Shown piece after piece: positions 62,781-64,000 of a stretch of DNA of 64,000 bases. The stretch lies in assembly GCF_001194135.2 (NCBI RefSeq), contig NC_068996.1:20805579-20869578 (forward strand), read 5' to 3'. Position 1 is the stretch's first letter. Every line of letters starts with the position of its first letter. The stretch comes from Octopus bimaculoides (lineage: Eukaryota). Under the pieces are notes generated by a model. That model searched no databases. It was not told where the DNA came from and saw only the letters and a list, made by a program, of their open reading frames with translations. The translations under genes and the position numbers were made by a program.

Positions 62781-64000
62781 TGCCTAATTATTATTAAAAG
62801 ATTGAGACAAAGAAACTAATATGCACTATTCATATTTCCCATAGATAGGACTGCATCCCAAAGCCTAGCCCTTCACTTCAGGGCTTCATGGTCAGATGTC
62901 ACTTCATCCCCCAACCATTACTGATACTCTACAAAGTTCAGATGAGATTCACAATAGAGTATTACTCCCATATCTGACACAAAAAGGATGCTACTGTTGC
63001 ACACACAAACACCTTAAACTGCATCTAGAAAATGAGCATCAGACTAAGAGTGGCATAAAGTCACTCAGACATGTTCCAGTCTCTGGTACACAGGTCTTAC
63101 AGTTCTCCTCTCTTTGTTTTTCTACTACTACTATAATGGCCTCTGCTCCTCAGAGCTAGCTGAGCTTATGCTTCTTCCACTCAGAAATTTTCTGACCCAC
63201 TTGTCTCTCTTTTAACAATTATGCATGTTGTGATCAACTCCATCTTAAGATCCTGCACTAATCGCTACACTGGCTCTTTGCTCCCCAGAATGTCCTACTG
63301 GAATTTCATCCTTGTCCCTGGCACCCTGGAACTTCATCTTCTTGTACACCTTACTGACAATGCAAGTGATTAACAAATCCTAATTTTCAGCAGTTCAGTG
63401 ACTAGGGATAGGCTGGTTTCTTAGCTTTCATATCCTTAATACCTAGTTCAACTGTATAACAACCACTTTCAATAATGGGTCTCCTCATTCAGTCTGCTTG
63501 GAGTAGTTCCTATCTCATGTATTTTTCTCATTCAACAACTGCTTGTAGTACTTCCATGCTTTTTAACTCTTATATTCCATACACATTTTTCACAAATAAA
63601 ACATCCAAATTCTATTTTGTAATCTGGAAATCCCTCATAACAGGACATGTACAAACCTTTCACACTATGATTCTTTCCTTATTTAGTATATCTGCTGTTT
63701 CATTTTTCTCTCAGTCATCTGATAATGTTTCTTGATACCCACTCCCTTTTCCATTAATTCCAATCTTTCTCGAGATAGTCTCATTTCATATTAATAGAAA
63801 AAATAGGCATAACATCTTCAACAGAAATTCTACTAAAGTTTCATACTTTCTATTAACACAAAGTATATGTCAAGAAATACTGGCACCAAAATAGAAAGCA
63901 GGTGTAATTGTGGAAACCCCAGGATCTAGGGTTTCAGTAAATAAAAACTGTATCGCCAGTTAGTTAGTTTAAAATGTCAAGATGGAATTGAGCAATGGCT

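Noticed and set aside
62117-64000. Further upstream EXOC8 exons
   Set aside because: No match to the expected LLEKVEGC or N-terminal Vps51-like peptides found; presumed beyond the window edge

Overview
AT-rich, repeat-dense eukaryotic DNA with three N-gaps. The SINE, RTE and R4/Dong content and the microsatellite load point to an octopus (coleoid cephalopod) genome; this is an inference from repeat style. One protein-coding gene is supported: EXOC8/Exo84 (exocyst subunit 8) on the minus strand. I reconstructed 12 phase-consistent GT-AG exons from 62116 down to the stop at 18002 (1671 nt = 556 aa + stop); the N-terminal exons lie beyond the right edge. The rest is several tRNA-derived SINE families, decayed LINEs (RTE, R4/Dong-like, CRE-like), a DD37D (maT-type) mariner remnant, hAT- and piggyBac-type MITEs and simple repeats. 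Most notable finding: a recurring palindromic element with two back-to-back tRNA-like Pol III heads. Each arm carries a decayed copy of a minimal Penelope-type hammerhead ribozyme motif whose core is intact only in the multi-copy consensus. Two unrelated minimal hammerhead motifs (9063-9152 and 16406-16442) also occur. A second fold-back family wraps a full tRNA-Thr(UGU)-like cloverleaf, and both of its copies sit just upstream of an EXOC8 splice acceptor. All alignments and folds were done by eye.
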